Shown: positions 16,401 to 25,898 of the stretch, one piece after another
Layout of the letters: each line of letters starts with the position of its first letter
Numbering within the stretch: position 1 is the first letter of the stretch
IMG/VR virus record: IMGVR_UViG_3300032218_002331
Coordinates: 1 to 60,204 of that record
Length of the DNA: 60,204 nt
Source: a virus
Lineage: Duplodnaviria > Caudoviricetes
Reading direction: 5' to 3' (one strand)
Program-made: the position numbers and the translations under genes
Notes under the pieces: model-generated
What the model saw: only the letters and a program-made list of their open reading frames with translations
Database searches by the model: none
What the model was told of the DNA's origin: nothing

Positions 16401-17861
16401 TTATTGGCGACTAATACTACCAAACGGTAACCATACTCCGGGATCACCTTCAACTACACATACCCAACCAACATATGAATCAGCTCGAGGGTTATCATTC
16501 CAACATATATCGCCAACAGTATGACTACCAGTAGATGGTCTATCAGATCCGGTAATAAACTTTCTTCCTGCAAAGCTCATATTTCCACTAACTGCTAGAC
16601 TTAAACTTGGGTCTGGATTATTAACACCGACACTCAACGGTCCAAATACTTTAACTGGTCTACGTGTATTTTGTTTGTTACCAATAACTATTTCATCTCG
16701 ATCTAAGTATAGTTCTTCAATACCTTGTACAGTAATGCTTAAATTTTTATTAACAGCTAGACCTAAGTTGTTAACAGCTAGACTATTAGTTCCGTCATTA
16801 AAGTTTACTGATTTTGCAATAACATCGTGTGCTACTAACTCGGATAAAAAGTTACCAGTTCCTTGTACAGTTAAACTTTGTAAAGTTCCTAACTTGGTTA
16901 AGTTTGATTGTACAACACTATTACCTAATGCAGTGTTTGACAAAACAGATTGTCCGTCAATATGGTAAGCGCAGTTTTTATTAAGATCAAGACTTTCACT
17001 TGACCAAAATCTATTGGGGCCTGGGAGCAAGACCAGCTGGCTTGATGAGTTTTGATTTTTCCATACTAGACCGATATTGTAAACATTACTAGTCCTTGTT
17101 GCTTTAAACTCTAAAGAGCTGTTTCTTTCTACACGATTATCGGTAACAATCGATTCTGCTTCGATAGTTCCGTATACTTTAAGAACACCATTTTTAAAGT
17201 TTTCATCGCCTATGTGTACTTCACCGTTCTTTTTAACAATCACTCTTGAAATATTATCAGTAATAATAGATACGTCGTGATTGGTATAAGTTCCAATATT
17301 GGCAACACCTACATTAGTAGAGGTTAACACCATTTCGATGTCTTGGTCAACAATACTTAACGTACCGTTGGGTTGCTCAGTTCCTAGCCCTAAACGATTG
17401 GATTCTGTGAATATTGCCCAACCACCAATATTAGCATGTCCGGATACTTCAAGTTTTTGTAGTACACCGATTTGTCTAAGATTACTTTTAATAATAGATG
17501 AACCTAGAGTACCTGCACTAAGCACATCAACATTGTCAATTTTGTAAGATCTACTAGGAGCAAGGTCAATATGCGCACTCGCCCATATTCTTTCTCCTGT
17601 TCTGTAAGATAGCTTGTAGCTACCTTCGCCCCATGTCCAGCTGAACCCTTTTCCGTTTAGTTCTTGTTCTGTGTTAAAGGTCCACTGCCCGGAGTCAGTT
17701 GGTGCTCCGTTTTCTGTAACAAGATTTTTAACTTTTATAGTATCGGCTGTTACAGTTCCGGTAACAGTGAGATCGCCGGAATGGTTAAAGGAACCGCTAG
17801 TATTAGCAAGTTCCTCTTGTATGATTTGTATAATGCCGTCTTGAAGTGATAGTTGTGCCAT
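16401..17861 (-). CDS. Virion structural (tail-fibre-like) protein
   Basis: Beta-rich with duplicated 'VLSxxxLGxSxxxSNLxxxGxLQxLxVxG' segments; late promoter motif at 17882. Confidence 0.6.
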   Translation of the reverse strand: MAQLSLQDGIIQIIQEELANTSGSFNHSGDLTVTGTVTADTIKVKNLVTENGAPTDSGQWTFNTEQELNGKGFSWTWGEGSYKLSYRTGERIWASAHIDLAPSRSYKIDNVDVLSAGTLGSSIIKSNLRQIGVLQKLEVSGHANIGGWAIFTESNRLGLGTEQPNGTLSIVDQDIEMVLTSTNVGVANIGTYTNHDVSIITDNISRVIVKKNGEVHIGDENFKNGVLKVYGTIEAESIVTDNRVERNSSLEFKATRTSNVYNIGLVWKNQNSSSQLVLLPGPNRFWSSESLDLNKNCAYHIDGQSVLSNTALGNSVVQSNLTKLGTLQSLTVQGTGNFLSELVAHDVIAKSVNFNDGTNSLAVNNLGLAVNKNLSITVQGIEELYLDRDEIVIGNKQNTRRPVKVFGPLSVGVNNPDPSLSLAVSGNMSFAGRKFITGSDRPSTGSHTVGDICWNDNPRADSYVGWVCVVEGDPGVWLPFGSISRQ

Positions 17862-17905
17862 GGAAAATACTCTCTTTCGAGTATTTATCCATGTTTTACT
17901 AACCT

Positions 17906-19105
17906 TTATGCTACTTTAAGAAGTACAGTATCTTCGTTTAGGCGACCATTCATTTTAGTGTCTGTAGCGTTGATGTCTTCTAAAAACTTACGCAACTGTA
18001 CCTTACCCGCCGCTTTAAACTCCTTGAGTTTTTCTTCGGGCTTACGAATAGTCTTTTGCACACTCTTAAACTCGTCAAAGCCTGTGATTGTAGTGCCCTT
18101 TACGCCTAAATCTTGGAACTCTGCGGCAATATACTTGCCAAGTTTGCGAGTTTTAGTATTAAACACCCACAGTTCCTTAGCACCAATAATGTCTACAGGG
18201 TTGATACTAACCAGTTTAAGCGGCTCTTCAGTTTTCTTGAACTTGAGTTTAGCAACAAGTTTATCCTTGCTAACTGCCTTAGTTTTACGAGGCTTACGGT
18301 TAACTTTAGCTTCTTGTCCCAACATATCGCAAGCAGTTACAACTTCTTGATAGAATGCAATCAAGTTCTTAATCTGTTTACGACTACGATGTTTGTAACC
18401 TTCACGCAACTGTTCGTCGGCTTCACCGCCAGCAAGTTCCAGCAACTCATCAAGATCTCTCTGATAAAAGTTCTTAATAATACGAGCATGGGCCGCTTTA
18501 GCCTCTACGGCCTTGAGTAAGTTCAATACTTTAAATGCTTTTGGATCAAAGTTTTCCGGATCAACTTGGAAAGATTCGATAGCATTTTCGATTTCTTCAG
18601 TCATGCCCAATGCGGCTTCACGAACACGTTCTTGGATACTAGGCTGTGCTACAGTAGGTTTTACCTCAGTGGCAACTGCATCTTCGTCGATATCGTCTTT
18701 ACCTTCTGCAATAACATCAGTAATCTGTTTACGCAACCATGCGGCAGTATCTTTGCCGTCATTGAAGTCTGCACGAACAGCAGGCATACCCCGAAGCAAA
18801 CAACTAGCAATAGAACCCATTGTAAGATTACAACGATTGTCTTTAGTTTTCTTAAAAGCGGCAATATCTTCTTTAGTACAGCCGACACTAGTCATCCATT
18901 TGATAACTGCTGGCTTCAGATCTTTACCGCTAAACTCCATTCGGTAGTAGGCCATAGCGCCGTGCCAGTGACGAAGAAATTGACTAGCATCCATAGCTTC
19001 ACAGTTATCCCAAGTTGGGCTATAGTCTTTAGCCGCTTTAGTACGGTGTGCTGTTACTTGTGCTTTAGTAACACGGGTCTTTTTTGCTGGTGCTTTTGTA
19101 GCCAT
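17906..19105 (-). CDS. Conserved hypothetical phage protein (399 aa)
   Basis: Long ORF with RBS and own promoter; C-terminal LWVFNTKTRKLGKY...KTIRKPEE...GRLNEDT. Confidence 0.75.
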   Translation of the reverse strand: MATKAPAKKTRVTKAQVTAHRTKAAKDYSPTWDNCEAMDASQFLRHWHGAMAYYRMEFSGKDLKPAVIKWMTSVGCTKEDIAAFKKTKDNRCNLTMGSIASCLLRGMPAVRADFNDGKDTAAWLRKQITDVIAEGKDDIDEDAVATEVKPTVAQPSIQERVREAALGMTEEIENAIESFQVDPENFDPKAFKVLNLLKAVEAKAAHARIIKNFYQRDLDELLELAGGEADEQLREGYKHRSRKQIKNLIAFYQEVVTACDMLGQEAKVNRKPRKTKAVSKDKLVAKLKFKKTEEPLKLVSINPVDIIGAKELWVFNTKTRKLGKYIAAEFQDLGVKGTTITGFDEFKSVQKTIRKPEEKLKEFKAAGKVQLRKFLEDINATDTKMNGRLNEDTVLLKVA

Positions 19106-19137
19106 TTTCTGCTCCTGTTGTGTTAAACAATATGTAT

Positions 19138-19166
19138 ATTATACTGCCAAACACGGTTATGGTCAA
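19138..19166 (-). promoter_or_regulatory. sigma70-type early promoter
   Basis: TTGACC-17nt-TATAAT. Confidence 0.8.
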
Positions 19167-20203
19167 GTCCAAACGGGTATAAGTTTTTCCGCATACTTCT
19201 TTTTTATTTGGATTTTGGCTATTGTATCAAACTTACTCCAAACATCTTTGTTCCATTTTCGCATAGTATCAATAGATTCCCTATCCAAATCGATAACCGT
19301 GCCATCTTCATTTATTTTATATCCTACTAGTTTTGCCAAAGGCACATACCCAAAAGCAAAATCACTTAGTTTCATGTCTGGATTTTTAATTTTATTAAGG
19401 TTATTATCTACCCACCAGTTATAAAAATAAATCCTGGAGTTATGCAATCCGGATTTTGCTCGAAAGTTCATGTAGAACTCCGCTGAAAACTCTTTTTGCG
19501 GACGCACCTCATCTCTTTTAACAACGTCAATATCGTTGTCATAAGCTAAACTATGCCAATGTTTTCCCAATGTGCTATACCCTAGATAGATGTATCCCCA
19601 CTCCATTTCAGGTGTAAACAATAGATAATCTTCGGGCTTAAAACTTTCATGTGTTGGCGGCAAAAATTCAACTTGGCACGAACAAGGAGCGTCTACTTGA
19701 TCTTGTTTAGCTCTAACAATATTTTCAAATGTGTGTATTTGTATGTTTAACTTTAAAAATGCTGAATCTAACTCTTGATTAAACTCGTATCCTGGCCATA
19801 CAGTGTTAGGTTTATTTTCATTTGCCCAATAATCTGTGTTAATACAATACTCTTTTCGATCTCCGTATATCTCAAACTCCTCATGTAGATCGTTCAATAC
19901 TTCGGGGTGAGCCATTAAATCATCTATGCTAGTCAATACAGGAAGTTGGATATCGTAGTTGGCATTTATAAAATTAATATTGTCTTTAAACTCTTCAAGT
20001 TGACTAATAATCTCATCACCTACTACTACCTTATTATAAGTTTGTGTCCAGTTACTTTCGCCTGATGCAAGCTCGGCATTAAGTAAACTTAACCATCTTG
20101 GTGCAAACCCAGTATTAAAAACTTCGTAAAGCAAAATAAGATTATCTGATGTGTTTTTACCAGTAATAGTAATGCGCATCATAGTTAAACCAGGCTTATT
20201 CAT
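19163..20203 (-). CDS. Hypothetical protein
   Basis: 346-aa ORF coupled to the radical SAM gene; LNDLHEEFE and YLGYSTLGKHW segments. Confidence 0.7.
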   Translation of the reverse strand: MNKPGLTMMRITITGKNTSDNLILLYEVFNTGFAPRWLSLLNAELASGESNWTQTYNKVVVGDEIISQLEEFKDNINFINANYDIQLPVLTSIDDLMAHPEVLNDLHEEFEIYGDRKEYCINTDYWANENKPNTVWPGYEFNQELDSAFLKLNIQIHTFENIVRAKQDQVDAPCSCQVEFLPPTHESFKPEDYLLFTPEMEWGYIYLGYSTLGKHWHSLAYDNDIDVVKRDEVRPQKEFSAEFYMNFRAKSGLHNSRIYFYNWWVDNNLNKIKNPDMKLSDFAFGYVPLAKLVGYKINEDGTVIDLDRESIDTMRKWNKDVWSKFDTIAKIQIKKKYAEKLIPVWT

Positions 20204-21443
20204 TTTTCTTATACTCCTTTACGCTCTGTAAAACATCCCGCATCTCAGGGATAATGTTATACATATCTTCGTTTCTTATTTCATCAACTGACGTTGTTAT
20301 TTCAGTAAATCTAACAGCACTACGATAACTATAAGGTTTTTCTAACTCGTGCATGATGTATTCTAAATGTTTGCTAATGTCTGCATTATATCGTTGTTTA
20401 TATGTTACCATAAACTCTGTTAACTTTTTAACGATTGCCTTACGGAATCTAGCGGAAAGAATATGTACATGATAGTGTTTTGGGTCTTCTAGCAAGTTGA
20501 TAAAAAAGTTTTTATATCCATGTTTTTCAGATATGATACCAAGATTAACCATGGTCATTATGATTTCTGGAAGTCTAAACACATTCATAGCTCCGGTAGT
20601 TATGCCAGGCTTAATCCTAATATTATCTAGTTTACTAAGCTCTATTAAGTTTTCTTTAACCTTTGGCCATACTGTCCCTGATCGAATAAGTTCTGCTCGC
20701 AGTCCGATTTCGTCAATACTTGGCCAAACTTCAATTTTACCAGGTTCCCACTGCCGCCAATAATCTAATACGTTCTTCTTACCATAAGTTAATAGTGAAC
20801 AGTTTGTGTTATATTGTATTCGAACATCGAACCGTTCAGCTTCTACTAACATATCTAATATTTGCCAGTGTTCGTCCATCATCAACGGTTCACCACCTGC
20901 AAAATAAATCTTTTCTACATTGTGTACCTGTTCTTTTAAAAAATCAAAGTTTGTTTTGTTGTCGACAGACTCAATGTTCCAAACTTTCTCTTGATCGGTA
21001 TAACCTAACTTTTTAGCATCCGGTACCCAGGCACTGCTATATCGAGGCCCACAACTGCGACATTTAAAGTTACATAGATTGCTAAAACGAAAATCCCAAT
21101 ATTTGAGTTTCATTTCGGTACATGTACCGTCTTCTAATGTTATGTCAGGAATTTTATCTAGCACTTCTTCAAACTCTTCATTTTGAAAAACTCGGCCACT
21201 TTCTCCTGTAACACGTTCTTGATCAAAACATTTGCTACATATTTTTGGTTCTACGCCTGCAATCATTTCTCGACGCAGAGTTTTCATATTTTCACTGTTC
21301 CATATTTCATCTACAGTTTGTGTAGTAAGGTCTCCAGCAAAATATTGATATGAGCTGGTTAGGCAGCAAGGAACTACTTTGCCGTTAGGTTCAAAGTTTA
21401 AGTGCATCCAAGGCACTGTGCATAGTGTATTTGATTTCATCAT
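20196..21443 (-). CDS. Radical SAM protein with N-terminal twitch/SPASM-like Cys cluster
   Basis: CNFKCRSC, FAGGEPL; N-terminal CTVPW...PCC...CSKC. Confidence 0.9.
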   Translation of the reverse strand: MMKSNTLCTVPWMHLNFEPNGKVVPCCLTSSYQYFAGDLTTQTVDEIWNSENMKTLRREMIAGVEPKICSKCFDQERVTGESGRVFQNEEFEEVLDKIPDITLEDGTCTEMKLKYWDFRFSNLCNFKCRSCGPRYSSAWVPDAKKLGYTDQEKVWNIESVDNKTNFDFLKEQVHNVEKIYFAGGEPLMMDEHWQILDMLVEAERFDVRIQYNTNCSLLTYGKKNVLDYWRQWEPGKIEVWPSIDEIGLRAELIRSGTVWPKVKENLIELSKLDNIRIKPGITTGAMNVFRLPEIIMTMVNLGIISEKHGYKNFFINLLEDPKHYHVHILSARFRKAIVKKLTEFMVTYKQRYNADISKHLEYIMHELEKPYSYRSAVRFTEITTSVDEIRNEDMYNIIPEMRDVLQSVKEYKKNE

Positions 21444-21472
21444 GTACTTATTGCCAACTAGTTAACCTTCAT

Positions 21473-22285
21473 TTAAGTATGAGTAGAGTTTATATAATCT
21501 AATATTGTTATTTGCTCTTGATTGCCAAAGGCTGCTAACAGACGTTGATATTGATTATTATTATTTTGAATATAAAACTGTTTAGTTCTACATCCACTTA
21601 ACAATCGAGATTTGCTAATAATGCCATTTCCGTTGGCACATCTTATAGATATTGCAAGCCTACGAGTTTTAGAATCTTGTGTAGCATGGATAACATCGCC
21701 TCGAAGTATCAGTAAGTCGCCTTCGTTGAGCACAGGTGCTTCACATATATGGTCTAAATTAAAATCAGCTTCATATTTTTCACCAGTTTCATCACTAACT
21801 CCAATAGTAGTGTTGTCAAAAGATTTATAAACTGCCGCACCCCGACCTTTTATTTGTTGACTAAATGTCGGTGCAAGTTTGTCTAATGTATCAAATGGAA
21901 CAACTTTAAGACCCGAATAGTTTGAACTTGTTTTGTATACCGGTATATAAAAATTCAAATATTGAGAAACATCCTGGAAAGAATAAAAACTTTCGTGGTC
22001 TTGATGCCAGCTGTATATTTTTAAACTACTGTCGGTATATATACCGTTTGATACAAGAGTGTCAGTAGTTAGAGATGTGGTATTTCTAATATCTTCTAGT
22101 ATCTTTTTTATTTTATCAAACGTGTAGTGTAATAAATCTTTTGAACAAGACTTAATGGGATAGTTTTTATTACCTAAAAACTCTTGTGTGTCGAAATCGT
22201 TTTGAAATTTTTTATTTTCTTGATCATTTAAAAAAGAAGGAACTACCACAAATCCCTTAGTTTCTAAATCTTTAAAGTTAACCAT
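21473..22285 (-). CDS. Phytanoyl-CoA dioxygenase-like 2OG-Fe(II) oxygenase
   Basis: GFVVVPSFL, WHQD, GDLLILRGDVIHAT. Confidence 0.8.
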   Translation of the reverse strand: MVNFKDLETKGFVVVPSFLNDQENKKFQNDFDTQEFLGNKNYPIKSCSKDLLHYTFDKIKKILEDIRNTTSLTTDTLVSNGIYTDSSLKIYSWHQDHESFYSFQDVSQYLNFYIPVYKTSSNYSGLKVVPFDTLDKLAPTFSQQIKGRGAAVYKSFDNTTIGVSDETGEKYEADFNLDHICEAPVLNEGDLLILRGDVIHATQDSKTRRLAISIRCANGNGIISKSRLLSGCRTKQFYIQNNNNQYQRLLAAFGNQEQITILDYINSTHT

Positions 22286-22293
22286 GCTATTAC

Positions 22294-22527
22294 TTATTGC
22301 CATCGTATAAGGAACCAATCTAGGTGCGATTGTTTTCGTAACTCAAATACATGATATGCTGTACGTGCGTGATATCCAAAAGTATTTTTGCACCATTCAT
22401 TTATTTCAATGTACAGTTCTTCAGTAAAGACGGTGTTTATGGTATCTGTAAACTGAAGATTTTCTTGATGTTCGTCCCATACTTCAGCAATCCACGTTCG
22501 GCCTGCCTTGCGTACTTGTATGTTCAT
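22294..22527 (-). CDS. Hypothetical protein
   Basis: 77-aa ORF ending WFLIRWQ, coupled to neighbours. Confidence 0.7.
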   Translation of the reverse strand: MNIQVRKAGRTWIAEVWDEHQENLQFTDTINTVFTEELYIEINEWCKNTFGYHARTAYHVFELRKQSHLDWFLIRWQ

Positions 22528-23093
22528 CTAGGCACACGCATTAAATAATGCGCACCGATGCTGATACGAAACGGATTTTTTGTTGGACTATCTGCCTTGT
22601 GAAATATGTTGGCAGGAAATAGTACAGCATTGCCTTTTTTAAAAGTCGACCTGGCTATTTCTGTTTTATGATCGTTTGCGTAAAAGACAGTATCGCCGTC
22701 GCTGTCGTTTACATAGTACACCAACACCCACGCAGACGAATCTCGAAAATCTATATGAGGGTAAAGAGTAACTCCACGCATTGTTCCATTGAATCTTAAC
22801 CGTGCTAGTCCTTGAATTTCCGCACTTGGCACAGCCAACGGAATAACATCTATAGTTAATGCGTCATTTATTGTATCGACTATTTTTTTATGTTGGGGCA
22901 TGGCACCACTATTAAACTCGTGTGCCATTACTGTAAAAAACTGTTCTTTACCTTCTTTATGAAAAGAATCTACTTCAGAATAAGACCATTCAAGATCAAG
23001 GCAATATTTTTCTAAATGTGTTTCAAACCATGTTGGAAAGATTTTTTCCAACATGATTATTTTGTTAACATCTGCGGCCTGTTCTAATCTCAT
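22524..23093 (-). CDS. 2OG-Fe(II) oxygenase
   Basis: PHID, YYVNDSDGDT, LFPANIFH...R motifs. Confidence 0.8.
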   Translation of the reverse strand: MRLEQAADVNKIIMLEKIFPTWFETHLEKYCLDLEWSYSEVDSFHKEGKEQFFTVMAHEFNSGAMPQHKKIVDTINDALTIDVIPLAVPSAEIQGLARLRFNGTMRGVTLYPHIDFRDSSAWVLVYYVNDSDGDTVFYANDHKTEIARSTFKKGNAVLFPANIFHKADSPTKNPFRISIGAHYLMRVPR

Positions 23094-23932
23094 TACGTCC
23101 AAAGACTGTTACGTATTTTAATAAGACGGATCATCATAGCTTCGTCTTCTTTTTCGTAGTCTGCTTCAATCTTTTGAAGTAGTTTGTGAGCTTTGTTGCT
23201 AGCCTTTTTAAGTGCCGGGTCTTTATCTTCGCTAAAACTTAAACGACCACCATTTGCAATACGACTTTCCTCGCATACAGCAGTCCAGCCGCTTGCTTCA
23301 TATGGATCAGGACGATTACGATATGTAACAGTCCACCACCTATAAAGGTCAATAATTTCTTGTGCGTTTTTTGCTTGAGGGGTAAACTCGCCATAATAGG
23401 GTTCATCTCGGCAGTATTCTTCGTCGTGGCGTAGTTGTGCCTGCCAGTTTAGATTGTCCTTACCAGCTTCTGGGCAACGCCAAGTGCGCCAACGGAACCA
23501 ACCTGTGGCCCAAAACGGTGCATTATATTTTGCCTTTTTATCTTTATCTGCCCAAGCAATATGCCACCATGCTAGCTCTATCTCAACATAATCCACCAGC
23601 TCATTAAACAAACAAGGAAGGAAACGATTGCCCACATCACACCAATCGCCAGGCTTAATGTCACGAGGATGAGCAGTAAGGCTATGAGTGCGACTAACCC
23701 AACGGTTATTAATATAATATTTAAGATCATGTATTTTCCTTACAGGGTATGTTACAAAATCTTGAAGATAATCAAGGCCTTCTTCGGCAATCCACCAACG
23801 AATAGGATGTTCGGCCTTGGCACGATCTTCCCAATCGTGCCATTCTTCGCTAGTTCCCATTTTAAGTTTTTTAGTACCACGAAGCCAGTCTGCAAAAGAA
23901 CTGCATGACCAATAGTTTGAATGTTGTGCCAT
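23093..23932 (-). CDS. Conserved hypothetical phage protein
   Basis: 279-aa Trp-rich ORF ending MIRLIKIRNSLWT. Confidence 0.75.
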   Translation of the reverse strand: MAQHSNYWSCSSFADWLRGTKKLKMGTSEEWHDWEDRAKAEHPIRWWIAEEGLDYLQDFVTYPVRKIHDLKYYINNRWVSRTHSLTAHPRDIKPGDWCDVGNRFLPCLFNELVDYVEIELAWWHIAWADKDKKAKYNAPFWATGWFRWRTWRCPEAGKDNLNWQAQLRHDEEYCRDEPYYGEFTPQAKNAQEIIDLYRWWTVTYRNRPDPYEASGWTAVCEESRIANGGRLSFSEDKDPALKKASNKAHKLLQKIEADYEKEDEAMMIRLIKIRNSLWT

Positions 23933-23933
23933 T

Positions 23934-24548
23934 TTATATTTCCGGAGTTATAATCGTATCTAAGTTTTGTAAGTCAGCATTGAAAACTAAACTGATTCGA
24001 TCAGTTAGCCCAAAGTTTTGATCTGCATAATGTTGTACCCATCCTGGAAACATTACTAGCAAACCAGAGTCTGGCGAAACTCGCCATTTTAAACTATTTA
24101 ACGTATTGTATTCTTCAAATACTTGGTTAGGTATTGAATAACTTAATAAATCATGTGTAGGCGATACTAAATTTAAATTTCCAGAGTTGCTTGTCGCCTT
24201 AACATAATATACAAAAGAAAGAAACTTCCCAGGATGCAAGTGTTGTTTATTGTTTTCTAATATTTTTCCCTTTGGGGAGTTTATATTAATCCAGCCAGTT
24301 GTTAGCTTTGGTGCATATTCTTTTTTAATTTTAAAAGTCTCTGTGGCTAGTTCTAACCGTAGATTAACTTCTTTTACTAGTTCATTTAACGGAGCATCAT
24401 TCAAGTCAATGAAATGGCTTTGCCATCCCATTGACCGATTTGCATTATGTTGACTCATCTTTTTATAGCAATAGTTTTCAAGAATACTATTGTCTACGTT
24501 GATGTATTCACACCCAAGGGCATGTCCGAATAATGCAGTTATTTCCAT
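23934..24548 (-). CDS. Putative 2OG-Fe(II) oxygenase (TIGR02466-like)
   Basis: GWQS, WININ, HLHP, YYV, FPGWVQH, RISLVFN. Confidence 0.8.
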   Translation of the reverse strand: MEITALFGHALGCEYINVDNSILENYCYKKMSQHNANRSMGWQSHFIDLNDAPLNELVKEVNLRLELATETFKIKKEYAPKLTTGWININSPKGKILENNKQHLHPGKFLSFVYYVKATSNSGNLNLVSPTHDLLSYSIPNQVFEEYNTLNSLKWRVSPDSGLLVMFPGWVQHYADQNFGLTDRISLVFNADLQNLDTIITPEI

Positions 24549-24554
24549 ATTTGA

Positions 24555-25250
24555 TTATTTTCTATCGCCAAATAGCTGTAACAGATTGATAAACAAGTTG
24601 ATAAAGTCCATGTATAGTGTCAATGCACCACGCACCTCAGCCGCATCACTAGTTTCAATGCTTAGTTCCTCACGAATCTGTTGAGTATCATAAGCAGTTA
24701 ACCCAAGAAAGATAATAATAGCCAATGCACTGATAACCATTTGCATAACTGTACTGCCAATAAAAATATTGATAATACTGGCAATAACAATGGCAATCAA
24801 TCCAACAAACAAGAACTTGCCTAGACTATCTAAACTTTGTTTAGTAAAGTATCCATAGCCGCTCATTACACCAAACAATACAGCCGCACCCATGAATGCA
24901 CTGACAATACTGCCCATAGTGAATACAGCAAAGATAGTAGCAAAACTCAATCCCATTAATGCCGCAAACCCATGTAGACATAACTGTGCTACACCTTTAC
25001 TTGGCTCATTTGCCAATACCATGCTGATGGCAAAAATAGCAACAAGTGGTGCAAAAATCACAATCCATTTTGTTACACCGGTAAAAAATAACTGTAGTAG
25101 TTCTGGGCTAGTGCCTACAAAATAACTAACAATCATCGATACAATAACAGCAAGACTCATATGTCCGTAAACACGACCCATTGCTGAATTAATTTCACTG
25201 GCAGAACGATAACTTAATACACCGTCGCCTGTATAGTTTGAACCAAACAT
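24555..25250 (-). CDS. Bax inhibitor-1 / YccA-YbhL family membrane protein
   Basis: About 7 TM segments; GLTAYDTQ and GALTLYMDFINLF motifs. Confidence 0.92.
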   Translation of the reverse strand: MFGSNYTGDGVLSYRSASEINSAMGRVYGHMSLAVIVSMIVSYFVGTSPELLQLFFTGVTKWIVIFAPLVAIFAISMVLANEPSKGVAQLCLHGFAALMGLSFATIFAVFTMGSIVSAFMGAAVLFGVMSGYGYFTKQSLDSLGKFLFVGLIAIVIASIINIFIGSTVMQMVISALAIIIFLGLTAYDTQQIREELSIETSDAAEVRGALTLYMDFINLFINLLQLFGDRK

Positions 25251-25261
25251 TTTTATCTCCT

Positions 25262-25627
25262 TTAGACAAATGGTTTAAGATCGGGCGGTACCCAGCCCAC
25301 GGGTTTTAAAACTTTTCCATCTTCACGCTTACGCACCTTGCCTGTTTCTTTATCAATTTTAGCAAAGTTGGTCTGCATGACTTCTTTCCATGCACCTTCT
25401 GCATCACTGCCCATACTATGGATAGCACCGATAGTAACAACCAGAATATCAATAAGCGCATCCAGTGTTTCTAACTGATCATGATTATTTACAGCAACCT
25501 GCAGTTCTTTATATTCTTCTTCGATTAGTCCAAGATACATTTTAAACTGATCTTGGTCAAACTCCCCGCCTGCGGTTTGATCGCAGGCTTTCATAAATTT
25601 TTCTTGATCTCTAAATGGATTAGTCAT
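25262..25627 (-). CDS. MazG-like nucleoside triphosphate pyrophosphohydrolase
   Basis: LIEEEYKEL...DALIDILVV...KREDGKVLKP; start MTNPF. Confidence 0.85.
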   Translation of the reverse strand: MTNPFRDQEKFMKACDQTAGGEFDQDQFKMYLGLIEEEYKELQVAVNNHDQLETLDALIDILVVTIGAIHSMGSDAEGAWKEVMQTNFAKIDKETGKVRKREDGKVLKPVGWVPPDLKPFV

Positions 25628-25898
25628 ATGTTTCCCAAATATTTTTTTCATAGTTCCAATGGCGTGTATCGTATATACGAAAACTGATACCGTAGCCCAG
25701 TACACCTATACAAAACTCAAAACCTGCATGGTTTTCTTGATAACTTAAACTTGTGTCAATGTCAAATAAACAACCACTGTAATAAGTGTGTTCAAGTTCC
25801 CAAGCCTTGTGTTTACCTAGTGTACCTGATATACAACCTAGATTCTTAAAGTAGTCAAACGGTAAAATAACCTGTGCTCGTAAGTTAAATATTTTCAT
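25620..25898 (-). CDS. Hypothetical protein
   Basis: 92-aa ORF overlapping neighbours. Confidence 0.65.
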   Translation of the reverse strand: MKIFNLRAQVILPFDYFKNLGCISGTLGKHKAWELEHTYYSGCLFDIDTSLSYQENHAGFEFCIGVLGYGISFRIYDTRHWNYEKNIWETYD

